This document shows positions 35,516 to 36,925 of a stretch of 36,925 nucleotides of DNA, piece by piece. A program made the position numbers and the translations under genes. The notes under the pieces are model-generated. The model ran no database searches and had not been told where the DNA came from. It was given only the letters and a program-made list of their open reading frames with translations. Numbering within the stretch: position 1 is the first letter of the stretch; each line of letters begins with the position of its first letter. Origin of the DNA: an uncultured Methylobacteriaceae bacterium (GTDB lineage Bacteria; Pseudomonadota; Alphaproteobacteria; Rhizobiales; Beijerinckiaceae); assembly GCA_937872715.1 (NCBI GenBank), contig CALMTJ010000472.1, forward strand, positions 1 through 36,925, given 5' to 3'.

Positions 35516-35566
35516 CGAACGAAGCCTCGTGTGAGCGTCCCGCCGGGGCGGAACGCGGGGGAGACC

Positions 35567-35591
35567 AACCGGATTCGTCCGCCGCCGTTCC
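35567..35591 (-). promoter_or_regulatory. EcfG/SigT (general stress sigma) promoter for the DUF1236 gene
   Basis: GGAAC-N16-GGTT on the minus strand, about 50 nt upstream of the ATG. Confidence 0.65.
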
Positions 35592-35628
35592 CGCAGAAGG
35601 CCTTCGGCTGCCGCAGGCGGGCGGCCTG

Positions 35629-35659
35629 AACGAAGAAGCCCGGCGGGTGGCCGGGCTTC
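35629..35659 (-). terminator. Probable intrinsic terminator after purC
   Basis: Minus strand GAAGCCCGGC-CACCC-GCCGGGCTTC followed by TTCGTT, about 30 nt after the purC stop. Confidence 0.6.
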
Positions 35660-35688
35660 GAGATCGGTGACCGTGCTCTCGCCGCGGG

Positions 35689-36483
35689 TCACTGGACGAG
35701 GCGCGGACCCGTCGTCTGGATCTTCTCGTTCTCGCCCAGGATGCCGAGGCGGCGAGCCACCTCCGAATAGGCCTCGATGAGGCCGCCGAGGTCGCGCCGG
35801 AAGCGGTCCTTGTCGAGCTTGTCTTGGCTCTTGATGTCCCAGAGCCGGCACGAATCGGGCGAGATCTCGTCCGCCACGACGATGCGCATCAGGTCGCCCT
35901 CCCAGAGGCGGCCCGCCTCCATCTTGAAGTCGACGAGCCGGATGCCGACGCCGAGGAAGAGGCCGGACAGGAAGTCGTTGACCCGGATGGCGAGCGCCAT
36001 GATGTCGTCGATCTCCTGCGGTGTCGCCCAGCCGAAGGCCGTGACGTGCTCCTCGGACACCATCGGATCGTTCAGGGCGTCGTTCTTGTAGTAGAACTCG
36101 ATGATCGAGCGAGGGAGCTGCGTCCCCTCCTCGAGCCCGAGCCGCGTCGCCAGGGACCCGGCCGCCACGTTGCGGACCACCACCTCGAGCGGGATGATCT
36201 CCACCTCCCGGATGAGCTGCTCGCGCATGTTGAGCCGGCGGATGAAATGCGTCGGCACGCCGATGTCGTTCAGGTGCTGGAAGAGGAACTCGGAAATCCG
36301 GTTGTTCAGCACGCCCTTGCCGTCGATGACCTCGTGCTTCTTGGCGTTGAAGGCGGTCGCGTCGTCCTTGAAGTGCTGGATGAGGGTGCCGGGCTCCGGG
36401 CCCTCGTAGAGGACCTTCGCCTTGCCCTCGTAGATACGGCGGCGACGGTTCATGGGCGTGTACCGTGGTTTGAGGAAATCCAT
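35689..36483 (-). CDS. purC: Phosphoribosylaminoimidazole-succinocarboxamide synthase
   Basis: [44 protein letters not shown] and DKDRFR. An alternative start exists at 36453. Confidence 0.97.
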   Translation of the reverse strand: MDFLKPRYTPMNRRRRIYEGKAKVLYEGPEPGTLIQHFKDDATAFNAKKHEVIDGKGVLNNRISEFLFQHLNDIGVPTHFIRRLNMREQLIREVEIIPLEVVVRNVAAGSLATRLGLEEGTQLPRSIIEFYYKNDALNDPMVSEEHVTAFGWATPQEIDDIMALAIRVNDFLSGLFLGVGIRLVDFKMEAGRLWEGDLMRIVVADEISPDSCRLWDIKSQDKLDKDRFRRDLGGLIEAYSEVARRLGILGENEKIQTTGPRLVQ

Positions 36484-36709
36484 GGGTGGCCGGGGCTCCT
36501 GGCAAGAACGGCGCGTCCGCGGCGGCGCGGTCAGGGTCGGTGAAGGCCGACCAACGCCGCGAGGGCCGAACCTAGACGATCAGCCATCGGGGTACAACGC
36601 GCGTCGGGTGTTCTGCCGGTCTATGGTGATCGAAAGCGACTTATCCAAGGCTGGCAGAAGCTTGGCCGCGACCGATATGTACGGCGACATCGGCGGAGGG
36701 ACGGCACGG

Positions 36710-36925
36710 ATGGCATCGTTCGAGGAGCGGCGGGACGGCTTCGAGCGGAAGTTCGCGCATGACGAGGAGCTTCGGTTCAAGGCCACCGCCCGGCGCAACA
36801 AGCTGCTCGGCCTGTGGGCGGCCGGGCTGATCGGCCGAACGGGCGAGGACGCCGCCGCCTACGCGTCTTCGGTCGTGGTGGCGGATTTCGAGGAGGCCGG
36901 AGACGGGGACGTCATCCGGAAGGTC
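36710..36925 (+). CDS. DUF1476 / F1Fo-ATPase inhibitor zeta subunit (3'-partial; missing from the ORF track)
   Basis: MASFEERRDGFERKFAHDEELRFKATARRNKLLGLWAA...YASSVVVADFEEAGDGDVIRKV, with GGAGG upstream. Divergent from purC. Confidence 0.88.
   Translation, partial: MASFEERRDGFERKFAHDEELRFKATARRNKLLGLWAAGLIGRTGEDAAAYASSVVVADFEEAGDGDVIRKV

Noticed and set aside
35147-36505. 452-aa ORF appearing to fuse the purC region with DUF1236
   Set aside because: The upstream part is an alternative frame of purC and crosses a terminator. The real gene starts at ATG 35515 with a signal peptide.
35689-36925. purC divergent from the zeta-subunit gene as a novel association
   Set aside because: From recall this is a common conserved arrangement in alphaproteobacteria.

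Overview
A very GC-rich alphaproteobacterial chromosome segment. It looks like Hyphomicrobiales/Methylobacteriaceae, inferred from gene content and protein features rather than from a search. From left to right: (1) A Tad/Flp pilus locus: partial cpaC, cpaB, cpaA and pilA on the minus strand, then a divergent secretin-N-domain protein and two TadE pseudopilins. A vWA-domain TadG/CpaL-type pilin is separated from these by pmm/pgm and a decayed Uma2 nuclease. CtrA-like boxes occur in the locus. (2) An acyltransferase-3 and a DUF1348 gene. (3) A BMP-type nucleoside ABC transporter. (4) A coupled rfbG / SDR / 3-dehydroquinate-synthase-like cassette, then a CitE-like lyase. (5) Core genes accA, uppP, fzlA and queG, an SDR, a KimA-like APC permease, DUF4142 and tRNA-Pro(CGG). 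(6) A dppABCDF operon interrupted by an NCS2 nucleobase permease and an unknown membrane protein. (7) An orphan lipoprotein, DUF1236, purC and a partial zeta-subunit (DUF1476) gene. Most notable: (a) The rfbG-SDR-sugar phosphate cyclase cassette is a candidate pathway for an unusual, possibly carbocyclic, nucleotide sugar. (b) A 44-bp palindromic repeat with compensatory stem changes and GNA loops sits in frame inside an ABC ATPase and inside the queG tail. (c) dppC has two in-frame amber stops, both in the same 11-nt context overlapping GANTC (CcrM) sites. (d) The dpp operon is a mosaic. No CRISPR array, transposase or integrase was seen. All product calls come from motif recognition, with no database searches.
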